Assembly (NCBI GenBank): GCA_963719515.1
Contig: CAVRCJ010000001.1
Coordinates: forward strand, 223,153-287,152
Length of the DNA: 64,000 nucleotides
DNA from: an uncultured cyanobacterium
GTDB taxonomy: Bacteria > Cyanobacteriota > Cyanobacteriia > CAKZMO01
Direction of reading: 5' to 3'
The notes beneath the pieces are model-generated. The model saw only the letters and a list, made by a program, of their open reading frames with translations, made no database searches and was not told the DNA's origin. The position numbers were made by a program, and so were the translations under genes. Shown one piece after another: positions 9,057 to 20,030 of the stretch. The first letter of the stretch is position 1. Each line of letters starts with the position of its first letter.

Positions 9057-10486
9057 GGATCTAATTTTGTCTTGCTTTTGCGACCACGTAGAACATCAAT
9101 CGCTGAGCTTAACCCAGCACGATTGCATCCAAACATAGGAATCATCTGAGCAACTTCCGCTGCCGTTGTGCCGGTCCATCGCTGCTTTGGCATCGGGTTG
9201 AGCCAGGCAGCATAGCGCACTCGCTGAAACAAAATGTCAAGGAAGGTTTGGGTTTCTTCAATGCGATATGGGCTATAACCTCGGCGAGCTGCCCCTGCAT
9301 CGCTAATAATTAACGTACTCAACTGCCGCAAGGGTAGTTGGTCAAAGACATCATCTAAAGATTCCTCTTCTAAACAAATGGCGTCATGATAAAGGTATCC
9401 TACTGGACAATTGTGAAAGTAATAGACGTGAGTCATTCTAAAACGTCCACCGCGCTGAGCTGTAGTCACCAAGCGTTCTGTCAGTTTATGAGATGGTATC
9501 ATCGAGCCGCCCTGGTCTACCAACAACAGTAATGTGGCGCGATTAGTTCGGGGCGGCATCAACACCGGACTAAGAAAGATTCCCTGTTGGCCCACCTGCT
9601 GAATCGTTGCCGCCACATCAAGCTCAGTCGGTGTCCCCTCCCGCACAGGCCGGGAGAGATGGCGCCAAATCTGCTTCATTTGACGCTGAGTAATAGGAAA
9701 ATATTGCCTCATTGTCAGAAAGCGAGTTGGCCTATGCTGAATCAAGCGCTGGTTGATCTGAGCTGCTTCAATTTCATCATCAATCGCCTGTGTTCCTCGA
9801 GAGAACTTGCTTGGCCGGGGCCGATATGGCTTTGCAGACGGTCTCTTCAGTCGCTGCTTAATCAGCGATGCCGTTATAAGTGATCCTACTGAAACAGCAA
9901 TAAAGCTAATTAGGAGCGGCAATGCGGGAACATCGGAAACGGGCCGACCTACCGGTATACCTGGTGCAGGAGCCTCGACGGTCGTCGATTGCTCTCGGTT
10001 TGCCTGCCAAAGTATCATCCCGACTCCTGCCCCAACTGCGAGAGATGTTGCAAAAAAAATTGAAGTCGAGCGAATAGAAAAATCATTGGGTGGTAGAACC
10101 GGCATCTGCGAAACTGCAGCCTGCTCAACTTCAAGTGGCATTAGCTGCTCAATGTGATATATCAGCTGCCGCTTTTCCTCCTCTGTCTTCGCCCACAGCG
10201 TCTCACACAGCCGCAGCAAAGCATCGCGATCGCCCACCCCAAACCCCTTACTCATCGCCTTTAGCGCCAGCTGATACTCATCAATCCCCAGCGGCATCCC
10301 GCTATCCCGCAGTCGAGTAAATAGCTCCAGCAGTGGCAAAGCATCAACATTCTCTGACTCCCCTCTCCCAAGGTTGGGAGAGGGGCTGGGGGTGAGGGCC
10401 TCAAAAGGTTTTTGAATGCGGACCATTGCCAAGTCTCCAATTAGCGTCAGCGCGATCGCCTCAAATACTTCACATGCTGCTCCCAA
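9053..10486 (-). CDS. von Willebrand factor A (vWA) domain protein with N-terminal region and TM segment
   Basis: MIDAS-like LLLLVDQGGSM, then ...LIISDAGAARG, in the C-terminal half. A hydrophobic segment FFATSLAVGAGVGMIL is present. The start overlaps the MoxR gene by 40 bp. Confidence 0.75.
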   Translation of the reverse strand: MGAACEVFEAIALTLIGDLAMVRIQKPFEALTPSPSPNLGRGESENVDALPLLELFTRLRDSGMPLGIDEYQLALKAMSKGFGVGDRDALLRLCETLWAKTEEEKRQLIYHIEQLMPLEVEQAAVSQMPVLPPNDFSIRSTSIFFATSLAVGAGVGMILWQANREQSTTVEAPAPGIPVGRPVSDVPALPLLISFIAVSVGSLITASLIKQRLKRPSAKPYRPRPSKFSRGTQAIDDEIEAAQINQRLIQHRPTRFLTMRQYFPITQRQMKQIWRHLSRPVREGTPTELDVAATIQQVGQQGIFLSPVLMPPRTNRATLLLLVDQGGSMIPSHKLTERLVTTAQRGGRFRMTHVYYFHNCPVGYLYHDAICLEEESLDDVFDQLPLRQLSTLIISDAGAARRGYSPYRIEETQTFLDILFQRVRYAAWLNPMPKQRWTGTTAAEVAQMIPMFGCNRAGLSSAIDVLRGRKSKTKLDP

Positions 10487-11394
10487 TTCTTCAGCAGCAC
10501 CCCCGCAAACGGCACCTGCCCCTCCAGCTTCGCTAGCGCCTCATCCTGCGGATACCGCTCCAGCACCCGGAACCAATCCAGCAGCTCGCTCGTGCTCACC
10601 TTCTTCCCCGCCGTATTCCCCATCTCGCCCCGCAGCGCCTCAAACCGCTGCACCGCCTTGTCCGCCACCTCCGGCGCAGCATCAGGATATGTGGCCCGAA
10701 CAATCTGAGTCAGGCGATCGCTATTCGGAAATTCAATGTAGTGGAACAGACACCGCCGCAAAAACGCATCCGGCAAATCCTTCTCATCGTTGCTGGTGAT
10801 GAACACAATCGGGGCCTTATCCTCATCCGCCCTTATCTCCTCCCCCGTCTCATCAACCACAAACCGCCGCTCGTCCAGCTCCAGCAGCAGATCATTGGGG
10901 AAATCAATATCCGCCTTGTCAATCTCATCAATCAGCACAATCGTCCGCCGGTCATTCTGAAACGCCTTCCCCAGCGCCCCCATCCGCACATAGCGCGATG
11001 GATCCTTAGCCCGGTACACTGCCTCCGGGTCAATATTCTGATTCGCCAGTTGCGCATCCCGCAGCCGCCCCACCGCATCGTAGGTATACAGCCCGTCCCG
11101 CGCCCGACTAGTGGATTTGATGTACCACTCCTCCATTGGCAGCCCCAGCTCGTGCTTCACCGCCCAGGCCAGCTGGGTCTTGCCGCACCCCGGCTCCCCC
11201 TTCAGCAGCAGCGGACGCTCCAAGAAAATCGCCAGATTCACCGCCTCCACCAGCGCCTCATTCGCCAAATACGGCACCAGCCGCCGCCCCGTCTTAGGGT
11301 CGCGATCGCCTAGCTTCGGCTGCTTTTGCCCTGTAAACTGCAACTCTAAATCGAATACCAACTTGAAGACTCCATCCGCCAGTCGTAGCCGCAC
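10447..11394 (-). CDS. MoxR-like AAA+ ATPase
   Basis: Walker A LLLKGEPGCGKTQLA, Walker B IVLIDEIDKA, and sensor region ...FITSNDEKDLPDAFLRRC. The GTG start and ~315 aa length are typical of MoxR/CbbQ/NorQ-family ATPases that partner vWA proteins. Confidence 0.85.
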   Translation of the reverse strand: MRLRLADGVFKLVFDLELQFTGQKQPKLGDRDPKTGRRLVPYLANEALVEAVNLAIFLERPLLLKGEPGCGKTQLAWAVKHELGLPMEEWYIKSTSRARDGLYTYDAVGRLRDAQLANQNIDPEAVYRAKDPSRYVRMGALGKAFQNDRRTIVLIDEIDKADIDFPNDLLLELDERRFVVDETGEEIRADEDKAPIVFITSNDEKDLPDAFLRRCLFHYIEFPNSDRLTQIVRATYPDAAPEVADKAVQRFEALRGEMGNTAGKKVSTSELLDWFRVLERYPQDEALAKLEGQVPFAGVLLKNWEQHVKYLRRSR

Positions 11395-11650
11395 CGCTTA
11401 CAGATTTCAAAGAAGACCCACTCCGGAACCCCCTCGTCTGACAGCTCGTACATTTCCCCAATTGTCGCATCTGTGTCGCGGGTCATCTCCGCTGGCAGGT
11501 GGTGAAACTGGCCGCCTATCCATTGATCTAGCTCTTCTTCAGAGAATTCCTTATTTTGCGGAGATTTGTATGGGTAGTAATTCGTGGTATCGGCGTCGAG
11601 CTTCTCAGTAAAGGGAATATTGCGCTGAGCCGTGACGGCCTCGTTGTCGA

Positions 11651-12715
11651 TTAAGACATTAGCAGCTTGTGCTCGTTGCCCTGTTTGGTTCGCATCCCTT
11701 CTGCCTCATTGGCCAGCGGCAGCCAAAACTCCTGAATCAGCTTATTCAGCAGCTCCTCCGACAGGCAGTCTACGTCGTAGATTGCCAAAATCAAATCCTG
11801 CGTCTTCCACCACCGTAAGGCTCTCTTAGCGATCTCCTTCGGCTTCGTGTTGCGATCGCACTTCAGCTCCATCGCCAGCTCTGCCCACAGCCCCCTCACG
11901 TCACTGCGTCGCCCCACCCGGTCTAGGCTCACCCGCAGCTTCTTCCCAGACATACTAGTGGGCACATACTGCTGCAACAGCCGGTTCACCAGCCACTGCT
12001 GTCCGTACCGCTCCGTCGGCCCGTGAATTAGGTAGGCTCCAATGGGCTTTTTCTGCACCAGCTTGCGGAAGAGCTTCGCCTGGGGCCGATAGCCCAACTG
12101 CATTAGCGCCTCTTTGAGCTGGTTGCGGTCTACGGGTTGCCAAATGCGGTTTAGCTCTTCGATGGCGATCGCCGCCCCCACCCCGTCCCGCAGCGCGTGG
12201 CTCACCACCGCAAACACCTTGCCGGTTTGCGGGTTCACCACAGGAGCACCGCTAAACCCACCCCGAACGCTGTCATCCTCAAACTTCAGCTCCCATGCCT
12301 GGATGGGGTTATTGGGCGGATGCGCCGTGATTTGAAAGGGCTCCGCCAGCGTCCCGGGTAGCTTCTGCGTCCGGTGATTCTGCGCAGAGGAGACAAACGC
12401 CTGGTAGCCTTCTACAACAACCTTACTGCCTATAGGTCCCGGCTCGCCCATGGCAAACAGCGTCTCGTCATCCTCCACTAAACCCTCTACCTTGATCACC
12501 GCCAAGTCCAGACCCAAATCATCCCCCGTCACCACAACGGTACCCGGCAGTCCATTCACGCAAATCGTCTCCGCCCCCACGTCGCGAATCACATGGGCGC
12601 AGGTGACAATACAGGCAAACTCTCCAACTCGGCGCACAATAAAGCCACTGCCGTAGTCGCGGTTCCGGTCTGCACTACTAGCGATTAAAACAACGGGGTC
12701 AGCGATCGCCACCAT
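11651..12715 (-). CDS. trypsin-like serine peptidase fused to a C-terminal degenerate P-loop (inactive STAND-like) domain
   Basis: N-terminal catalytic triad context: TCAHV (His), DLAVIKV (Asp), GGFSGAPVV (Ser). The C-terminal half has IGAYLIHGPTERYGQQWLVNRL, which resembles a Walker A lacking the Lys. Confidence 0.7.
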   Translation of the reverse strand: MVAIADPVVLIASSADRNRDYGSGFIVRRVGEFACIVTCAHVIRDVGAETICVNGLPGTVVVTGDDLGLDLAVIKVEGLVEDDETLFAMGEPGPIGSKVVVEGYQAFVSSAQNHRTQKLPGTLAEPFQITAHPPNNPIQAWELKFEDDSVRGGFSGAPVVNPQTGKVFAVVSHALRDGVGAAIAIEELNRIWQPVDRNQLKEALMQLGYRPQAKLFRKLVQKKPIGAYLIHGPTERYGQQWLVNRLLQQYVPTSMSGKKLRVSLDRVGRRSDVRGLWAELAMELKCDRNTKPKEIAKRALRWWKTQDLILAIYDVDCLSEELLNKLIQEFWLPLANEAEGMRTKQGNEHKLLMS

Positions 12716-13049
12716 CGGCAGTATCTCTTGGCTTGGGCATCGGTTTAGGCTTCAGCACCAGTTTAACGGTCAAATTCGCTGTGGATTTGGCTTTTGTAAT
12801 GTAGATGTTACCTTCTCCCTCAAAGCTCAGCCCCAGCTCCACCTCCGCTTGGTCAATCTCCACGTCCCGGTTTAACTCTTGGCAGGCCGACACAATAGGC
12901 CGACAGGCTTTCACAATCAGGGGCCGCACTTCCTCAAACGTCGCCCCCACTTTCTGAGCAAACCGCCCAGACACCTCGCGCACCTGATCACCCTGCACAT
13001 CAACCTCAACTAAAAGGCCGTCCTGAAACTCAACCAGCTGCGTTGCCAT
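12699..13049 (-). CDS. small protein co-transcribed with the trypsin-like peptidase (trypsin-co-occurring-domain-like, family uncertain)
   Basis: MATQLVEFQDGLLVEVDV...EVELGLSFEGEGNIYITKAKSTANLTVKL. Overlaps the peptidase gene start by 17 bp. An AT-rich promoter-like stretch lies upstream (13050-13100). The ATG at 13049 was chosen over the ORF-track extension. Confidence 0.4.
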   Translation of the reverse strand: MATQLVEFQDGLLVEVDVQGDQVREVSGRFAQKVGATFEEVRPLIVKACRPIVSACQELNRDVEIDQAEVELGLSFEGEGNIYITKAKSTANLTVKLVLKPKPMPKPRDTADGGDR

Positions 13050-13159
13050 GCAATTAGTTCCTAGCAAAGTAATTAGTATACTTCTCTCAAAGAGAGTTTT
13101 TCGATGATAGCGCCGTCCTAAAATGAGCCGTCGATAAGGAAAATGAGGATGCCGTCGCT

Positions 13160-13410
13160 CTGAGGCGGCGGCCCGCGCCAACTATCACGACGGTGCGCTG
13201 CGATCGCATGCATGTGGGCGATCGCACGCTGCTCATCGGCAACGCGATCCATGCGGCTTCCCCCGCCATCGGCCAAGGCTGCAATGCCTCGCTGCAGGAC
13301 GTGATGGTCTTCGCCCAATGTTTAGGCGCTATGACAACGAATTGGAGCCAGCGATCACCCTTACTCTGAAGTTCTCAGGCAAACTCAGGACTGGATTGAG
13401 CGGGTTTAGG
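13160..13410 (+). pseudogene. C-terminal fragment of a paralogous FAD-dependent monooxygenase (copy of 46860-47316 region)
   Basis: The nucleotide stretch ...accatcacgacggtgcgctgcgatcgcatgcatgtgggcgatcgc...ggctgcaa.gcctcgct.caggacg..atggt.ttcgc... aligns with 46870-47040. It translates to TITTVRCDRMHVGDRTLLIGNAIHAASPAIGQGCNASLQDVMVFAQ. No 5' part is present. Confidence 0.6.
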
Positions 13411-13683
13411 TGACGGGATAGGCAACAAAGGCGGGTTTATGGCTTTGTCAATGGGAAAAACTATTCCGTCTGCCCCTCCGCCACAGGCGATCGCGGCGCT
13501 GACCAATACGACATCCGCGTGATGGACAATGGGGCTCACAGCGGCCCAAGGGCAGTCCGATTGCCAGGGCACTCACCAAGCCCAGGCGCTAGCGCAGCAG
13601 CTGGGCGGCCAGTTCCAGCGCCGCGATCGCTATCCCAAGGGCGTCTGCTGTGAACTTGTCTGGCCTGCTAGCCTCACCTAGGC

Positions 13684-14475
13684 TTGGCGGTACAACTGGC
13701 TTGGTTTTCCGTCAAGCAGGCCCGCGTCGTCCGCAAGGCGTCGGGCTACTTTGTCATGCTGTCGCTAGAGGCTGATGTAGACATCCCTGATGTTCCCTTT
13801 CACGGCCACCCGGTGGGAATCGATGTAGGTCTCGAATACTTCCTCTCGACTTCTGACGGCGAGCAGGTCAAGCGACCCCGCTTTTTCGACGAGCTGCACC
13901 GCAAGCTGAAATCGCTGCAGCGTAGACTCAAGACTAAGCGCAAGGGGAGCAACAACTGGCTGAAGCTGCAAAAGAAGATATCGAGAGTGCATCAGCGCAT
14001 CGCCGACACCCGCAAGGACTGGCACTACAAGCTAGCGCATCATCTGTGTGATGGCGCAGGTGCTGTTTTTGTCGAAGACCTCGACTTCCGCATCATGGCG
14101 AAAGGGATGCTGGGCAAACACATCCTTGACGCTGGCCTAGGGCAGTTCACCAATCAGGTGCTTCCTTGGGTGTGCTGGAAGCGTGATGTCTACTACGGCA
14201 AGGTGGACCCGAGGGGCACTTCTCAGGAGTGCCCAGACTGCGGCGCTGAGGTGCGCAAAGGTCTGAGCACTCGAATATCGCACTGCCGCTCTTGCGGTTC
14301 AGTCAAGCCGCGAGATGTGGCGGCAGCGCAAGTGATTAGTACCCGTGGGCAACGGGGAATAGAAACTGCCTGTGGAGTCGAGGCGGCGGGGGCTGGGGTA
14401 ACTCAGTCTAGCTGGCTGGCAGCGAAGCAGGAACTCTTTGGGGTAACCCAGGGAATCTCCCTGCATACCCGATAG
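13684..14475 (+). mobile_element. TnpB (IS200/IS605-family OrfB) C-terminal fragment, 5'-truncated
   Basis: RuvC-like segments GIDVGLEYFLSTSDGEQV and AVFVEDLDF, and zinc finger CPDCG...CRSCG. It lacks the ~130 aa N-terminal part expected for full TnpB, and no tnpA is adjacent. Confidence 0.65.
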
Positions 14476-14622
14476 GGTTGCTGGGAGAGGATGTCAAGCA
14501 CACCCATTCTGACACCGCCAAACCGATCTTTATTATTAGGAATTAAAACCTCAAAGCCGGACCAAATAGACTTCTGAAGGATCTATCCTGGACTCGGAGC
14601 GTTAACCCTGGCGAAATCTGAG

Positions 14623-17195
14623 TTGAACAACCCCAGACCCACTACTTCAGAACTCCCTCTTCTAGAGACCAAGCTTTACCTCCCGCAATGGTCTGCTGAC
14701 TTAGTATCGCGCCCAAGACTCATTGATCGCATTCACCCGCAGCGCAAATTAACCCTGGTCTGCGCCCCAGCAGGTTTTGGCAAAACGACACTGCTAGCAG
14801 AATGGGCAGCAGCCGTACCAACAGGGCCCGTTGCCTGGGTTTCCTTAGACCAGAGTGACAACGATCCGGCTGTTTGCTGGACCTATCTGATCACTGCTCT
14901 GCATAAAATTCGGCCCAGCCTAGGTGAGCGATCGCTCGCGTTACTGCAATCACCACAGTCCCCTCCAATTGAGCCGGTCTTGATGACGCTGCTCAATGAA
15001 CTTACTGCAGTTGAAGAGTCTGTTGTCTTGATCCTTGATGATTACCATGTGATCTCAACCCAGGCCATTCATGACGGGGTCGGTTTTTTTCTCAGTCATT
15101 TGCCGCCCCAAGTGCATCTAATTATTGCCAGCCGCGCTGACCCGCCTCTGTCTCTGGCGCGTTTAAGATCCCACAAAGAATTGACCGAGCTTAGGGTAAG
15201 CGATTCGCGGTTCACCCCGGCGAAGCTGCCGCTTTTTTGAACCAGGTGATGGGATTGGAGATTTCGGCAGCAGAAGTTTCCGCCTTGGAGCAGCGGACCG
15301 AAGGCTGGATTGTAGGACTACAGCTCGCGGCGCTGTCCCTACAAGGGCATGAGGACGCTGCTGGTTTTGTGGCGGCTTTTTCGGGAGACGATCGCTACAT
15401 TGTGGACTATCTGCTGGAAGAAGTTTTGCAGCGGCAGCCCGATCGCGTTCGTCACTTTTTGCTGCAAACAGCCATTTTGGAACGTTTGAGCGGTTCTCTA
15501 TGTGATGCCGTTACCGGCCAAGCCGGTGGACAGGAAATGCTGGAAGCGCTAGAGCGTGGCAACCTGTTTATCATTCCGCTGGATAACAAGCGCCAGTGGT
15601 ACCGATACCATCACTTGTTTGCCGATGTTCTTCAGGCCCATGCCCTGATGGAGTGGCCAGAACAGATACCCAGCCTGCACGGACGAGCAAGTGACTGGTG
15701 TGAGCAGAACGGCTTGTTCTTTGATGCAATTCGTCATGTCTTGGCCGCCCAGGACTTTGAGCGAGCAGCAGGTCTAATAGAGCAGGTGTGGCCTACCATG
15801 CGTCGGCGTCAGCGAGAAGCCACTGTACTGAGCTGGATCAGGTCACTCCCTGACTCCCTGATTCGCAACCGGCCCGTCCTCAGCGTTGCCTACGCCCTAG
15901 TGCTGCTGAACGATGGCCAGCTAGACGCGGTTGAATCCCATCTGCAGGACGCAGAACGATGCCTGGGAGCGGACACAGCCGTAGATTCACAGGAGCCGCT
16001 AGCGGTTGGGAGCGCTGTAATGGACGACGCACAGTTGCGGTCTTTACCCGCCTCCATTGCCAATGCCCGCGCCTATCGGGCTCAAGCGCTGAAGGATGTG
16101 CCCAGCACTGTGGCTTACGCTCAGCAGGCCCTCGAACTGTTGCCAGAAAATGAGGAATACGAGCGCGGCACAACCGCAGCCCTGCTTGGGCTCGCCTACT
16201 GGACCAGCGGCAGGCCAGAAGCCGGCTACCGTTCCTTTGCTAAGGGTCTGGCAATTTTCAAGCAGATGGGCCTCCCCCAGATGGCCATTGGCGGCACCTT
16301 GATCTTGGCACAGATGAGTATGGCCCAGGGGCGTCTCCACCGGGCAGCTAATATTAGTGAGCAGTCCTTACAGCTGGCGATAGAGCAGGGCGGCCCGGTG
16401 CTGCCGGGCACGCCAGAACTGTATTTGGCCTTGAGTGAAGTGCGCTACGAACAAGGCGATCTGGCGGCTGTCAGTCAGCTACTGCTGAGCGGTGAAACGC
16501 TACGTCAGCAGGCTTCGCTATCGGGGGCTGCCTATCTTTGGTGGGCGGTACAGGCACGATTAAAAGCCGCCGAGGGCGATCTGGAGACTGCCCTCGACCA
16601 GCTTCATGAGGCCGAGCGGCTCTACGCCCGAACGCCTATTCCAATCCCAGATGTGCGCCCGATTGAGGCTTTAAGGGTACGGTGGTGGCTGCGGCAGGGA
16701 AGATTGGCCGAAGCGCTGGGCTGGGTGCGGGAGTGCGGTTTGTTGGCGTCCGACCCGCCGAGCTATCTACACGAATATGAACACCTGACTCTGGCCAGCG
16801 TTGAGATCGCTCAGTACAGGCGTAATGGCACACAGGATGGACAGACGGCGAGGGAATGCATCAGGACTACGATGATTGATTGCTGTCCGCCGCTGAAGCC
16901 CAAGAGCGCACTGCCAGCATGATCGAAATTCTGGTGGTTCTGGCTCTCGGCGAGTAGCGGCTCAGGGTGATCTCCCGGCGGCATGGCCAAAGACCGGCCT
17001 TCGGCCATCGCATCGCTAGAACGGGCCTTGCTCCTGGCTGAACCGGAGGGACATGTTCGCATCTTTGTAGAACATGGAGCACTGATGGTGCTACTGCTGC
17101 GGGAGGGGAGTCGCACCACTCACGCATCGCTCCATGGATGTTTCAGCAGCTATTCGACGCCCTTAAACCGGGGCCGCTCCAAGAAGAGGTACTGA
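14623..17195 (+). pseudogene. MalT-like (LuxR-family, STAND ATPase) transcriptional regulator with multiple frameshifts and C-terminal decay
   Basis: Walker A VCAPAGFGKTTLLAEWAA, and Walker B VLILDDYHV. A single-base deletion near 15220 (expected ...TPAEAAAFLNQVMG reads TPAKLPLF*). A second cluster of frameshifts lies at 16930-16990 (LAEPEGHVRIFVEHG is in another frame). No LuxR HTH is found at the C-terminus. Confidence 0.65.
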
Positions 17196-19889
17196 TGGCT
17201 GCTGGAGACCTGCTTCGAGCAACCCTGAATCGTTCTCCCTCTCAGTCAAATGAGAAACTGTCTCTTCCTCCGACGTCACCAAACACTGAGAAGTTCCTGG
17301 CTCGAAAATAGCTGTGAGCTGGTCTGTGGGCTTTGAGCAACAGTGGTATGGACACCAAGTGGATTGCAGCAAACTTAATGTCACGAATCGTTGTTGAGCT
17401 GCTTGGCGAATCGAGTGAGCTAGATTTGATTCAGCGAGTACTCTCTCGGATCATTTTGACAAGACTTGCTCAAATTCTCACGTCTAATCCCACCATGGGG
17501 GTACAATGGTTTCCTGAGTACCGTTTGTATCTTTGAGCTGTTAATGCGAACCGCGGTCGAGAGCAGGTGAGAGCACTTTGATGAATCAACTATGCAATCA
17601 GCTCATAAATCTGTCACCCACTTGAACAGTACTAGATTTGTATCAAGGGACATTTTGATTGTCGTTGGAGCGTGGCTTGGGGACTTGTGGATCGCGCCAA
17701 GGAGTACGGTGAACGCTGTTGATCTGTCCAGTGGTTGATCAGGTAGTGCTTGATGGAATTGTCGATTAAGGTACGTAATTTGGGACTGCCGCTGGTCTCG
17801 AAAGTCACGCTGACCAAATCCTATGAACAGTAATATTTCCAGAACATCCAAAATGAAGAATGACGATGAATTCTACAGAAACAGATGCTCATAATGAAAA
17901 TGAAAAGCGAAGCTCTCGGCGCTGTGGATGTTTTATCTTCAATACGATATTTTTGCAGATCCATGAATTGATCCAGTGGATTTATGGAACAAATGATGAT
18001 GGGACACTTCAATGGAATTCAAATCACAGAACAACTGTCGCTGTTTGGTGGTCTGGTGGCAGAAGGTGCCATTGCTATGGGTGCTTCTCCTCCACTGTTC
18101 GCTGGATGGTGGTAAATCGTTGGGCTAACATCATCGACCGCTGTGATGACCCTTGTGTTTGAAATCAATAATGGTACTACTGATTTAGACGATACCTTTT
18201 GACTACTCCAGAGAAATCTGCTGCTTCGTCCTTCATTGTCTTGGTCGGCATGGTGGTGGCGAAGTCTGATACGAAGTGTGATGAATGAGTCAGGAAGCAT
18301 TAGCTTTCAAAATAAAATGCCGATATTTAGACACAATAGGAGAAATTAAATGTGATTAAAGGAAGAACTTGTTGTTGTGGGTAAAAGTTCAATTTGAGTT
18401 AATTAAGTGCCCACAATGATGGGTATGTGCCATTGCAGCCTATGTTGAAAAAGTTGGCGTGAGCACTCTCGTATTTGTCAAGGTCGTAAGATTTCAGATT
18501 TAATAAGGTAGGTGTGATCAAATATCTATCTATAAAGCTGAATCTCAGCATAAGATCGATTGCTGTTTTTGCTTGGCTGCGGTTCTGCATGGAGAGGTGT
18601 TGTCAGAAAATGATTCATTTCCTTTGGCGGTCAACTGCATAGACGGGGATATTGGACTTGAAAAGATAGTTTTCATGAAATTGTTTGGGAAATGCTGCCA
18701 AACTTGCACACTGTACAGCAATTCTGATTCAGCATCGATTCAAATCATAAGTGCAATGATCGACCGCCTCAATCTTCCCGTTCGCAATGTTCTGGCACAA
18801 GGTGACAACCAACGTCACGTCAACCCAGGAGTTGAACCATGACTCAAGCGGCCCAATTTTGGGACAAGGTTGCAAAAAGTATTCCAAACAGCTGATTGCT
18901 GATGAGCTGGAATTTATCAGAAAAGCTAGTGGTTACTGTGACTACTCTTCGGCCCCATATGGAAGTGTTGGAATCGGCTGCGGTACGGGTCAATGGCGAT
19001 CCTCCACGCCCCCTATTTGAAGTATATCGGCGCCGTTGATTTCTTCTGCCAATATGATTGTGATTGCCCAGGGCAAGGCCAAGCACATCGATAATGTGAC
19101 CTTTCTGAACAAGCCACCATTGAAAGATCTCGAATAGTCCTGGTTGGAGTCTAGATGCGGCGTCAGGTTTCAGCATTTTGCATCTTCTAAAAAACAAAAA
19201 GAAAGAACGTATCGCTCAGGTGATCAAGTTACTCAGGTGGTCTCTTCGTCACGAGTACTGTCCGCAATGGGGGACACCATGGAGCTGGCTCAAGCTCATC
19301 GTGCTAATTGGCTCAATTCCTCGGAATCTTCCGTTCGCTTCAGGTTATTACTGTGCAAGCACTGGCTGACAACTCTTATCAGGCTGCATTCTAAATGGGA
19401 TGACCAATGGAACCGAACAAGGGCAAGGGAGTGTTCATTGTGGCCAGAAACCTGAACAAACTATGAACGAAACTGAATCAACAAAGCGTCTAGTCTCTAC
19501 ACCAAGAGGGTTCAATTTAGCCATGCTGTTAAAGACAGCAATCTCAACATTAGAACGCTGGAAGCCGCTCCTGAGTGTCGACATGCTTCTACGCACTGAC
19601 GATGTATCTGCCCCTCAATGGAAGAACAAATTTAGCCGCTCTTGGTCAGCTCTGCAATGATCATCTGCTGTTGAGTCAGGCCGCGCGCCTCTCTTACTCT
19701 ATTCATCTTAGCTACTTGTTAAAATTCTCACCGGCCGGGGTAGGAATAGGAGCCTTCAGTCTTGCAACTTCTCAGAAAAGACTGCCTCAGTCAGCCCATG
19801 CTCCGGTGTCGATATTTCTGACGGCATGATCCAGCCTACTTAGGTTAAAATAATTCCTGAAAAATCGCTGACGATACTTTCTACTCTGA

Positions 19890-20030
19890 CAGATGCGGGG
19901 CAGATTAGGCGCTGACCCTTTGCCGATGAGTCCTTCGACGCGGTCATTTTTCCGCCCATGTTTTGGAGCAGATATGGCCGAACCCGTAGAAACGCTGCGT
20001 GAGATGATTGAATTCTGAAACCAGGGGCTC
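19890..20030 (+). pseudogene. class I SAM-dependent methyltransferase fragment (frameshifted)
   Basis: PFADESFDAVIFPP (Methyltransf_11-type motif) then a frameshift; AEPVETLREMIEF continues in another frame. No full-length gene is present. Confidence 0.35.

Noticed and set aside
10741-11313. 190-aa plus-strand ORF antisense to the MoxR gene
   Set aside because: It is fully antisense to a gene with clear Walker motifs, and its low-complexity Pro/Leu/Gln/Arg-rich translation has no motifs.
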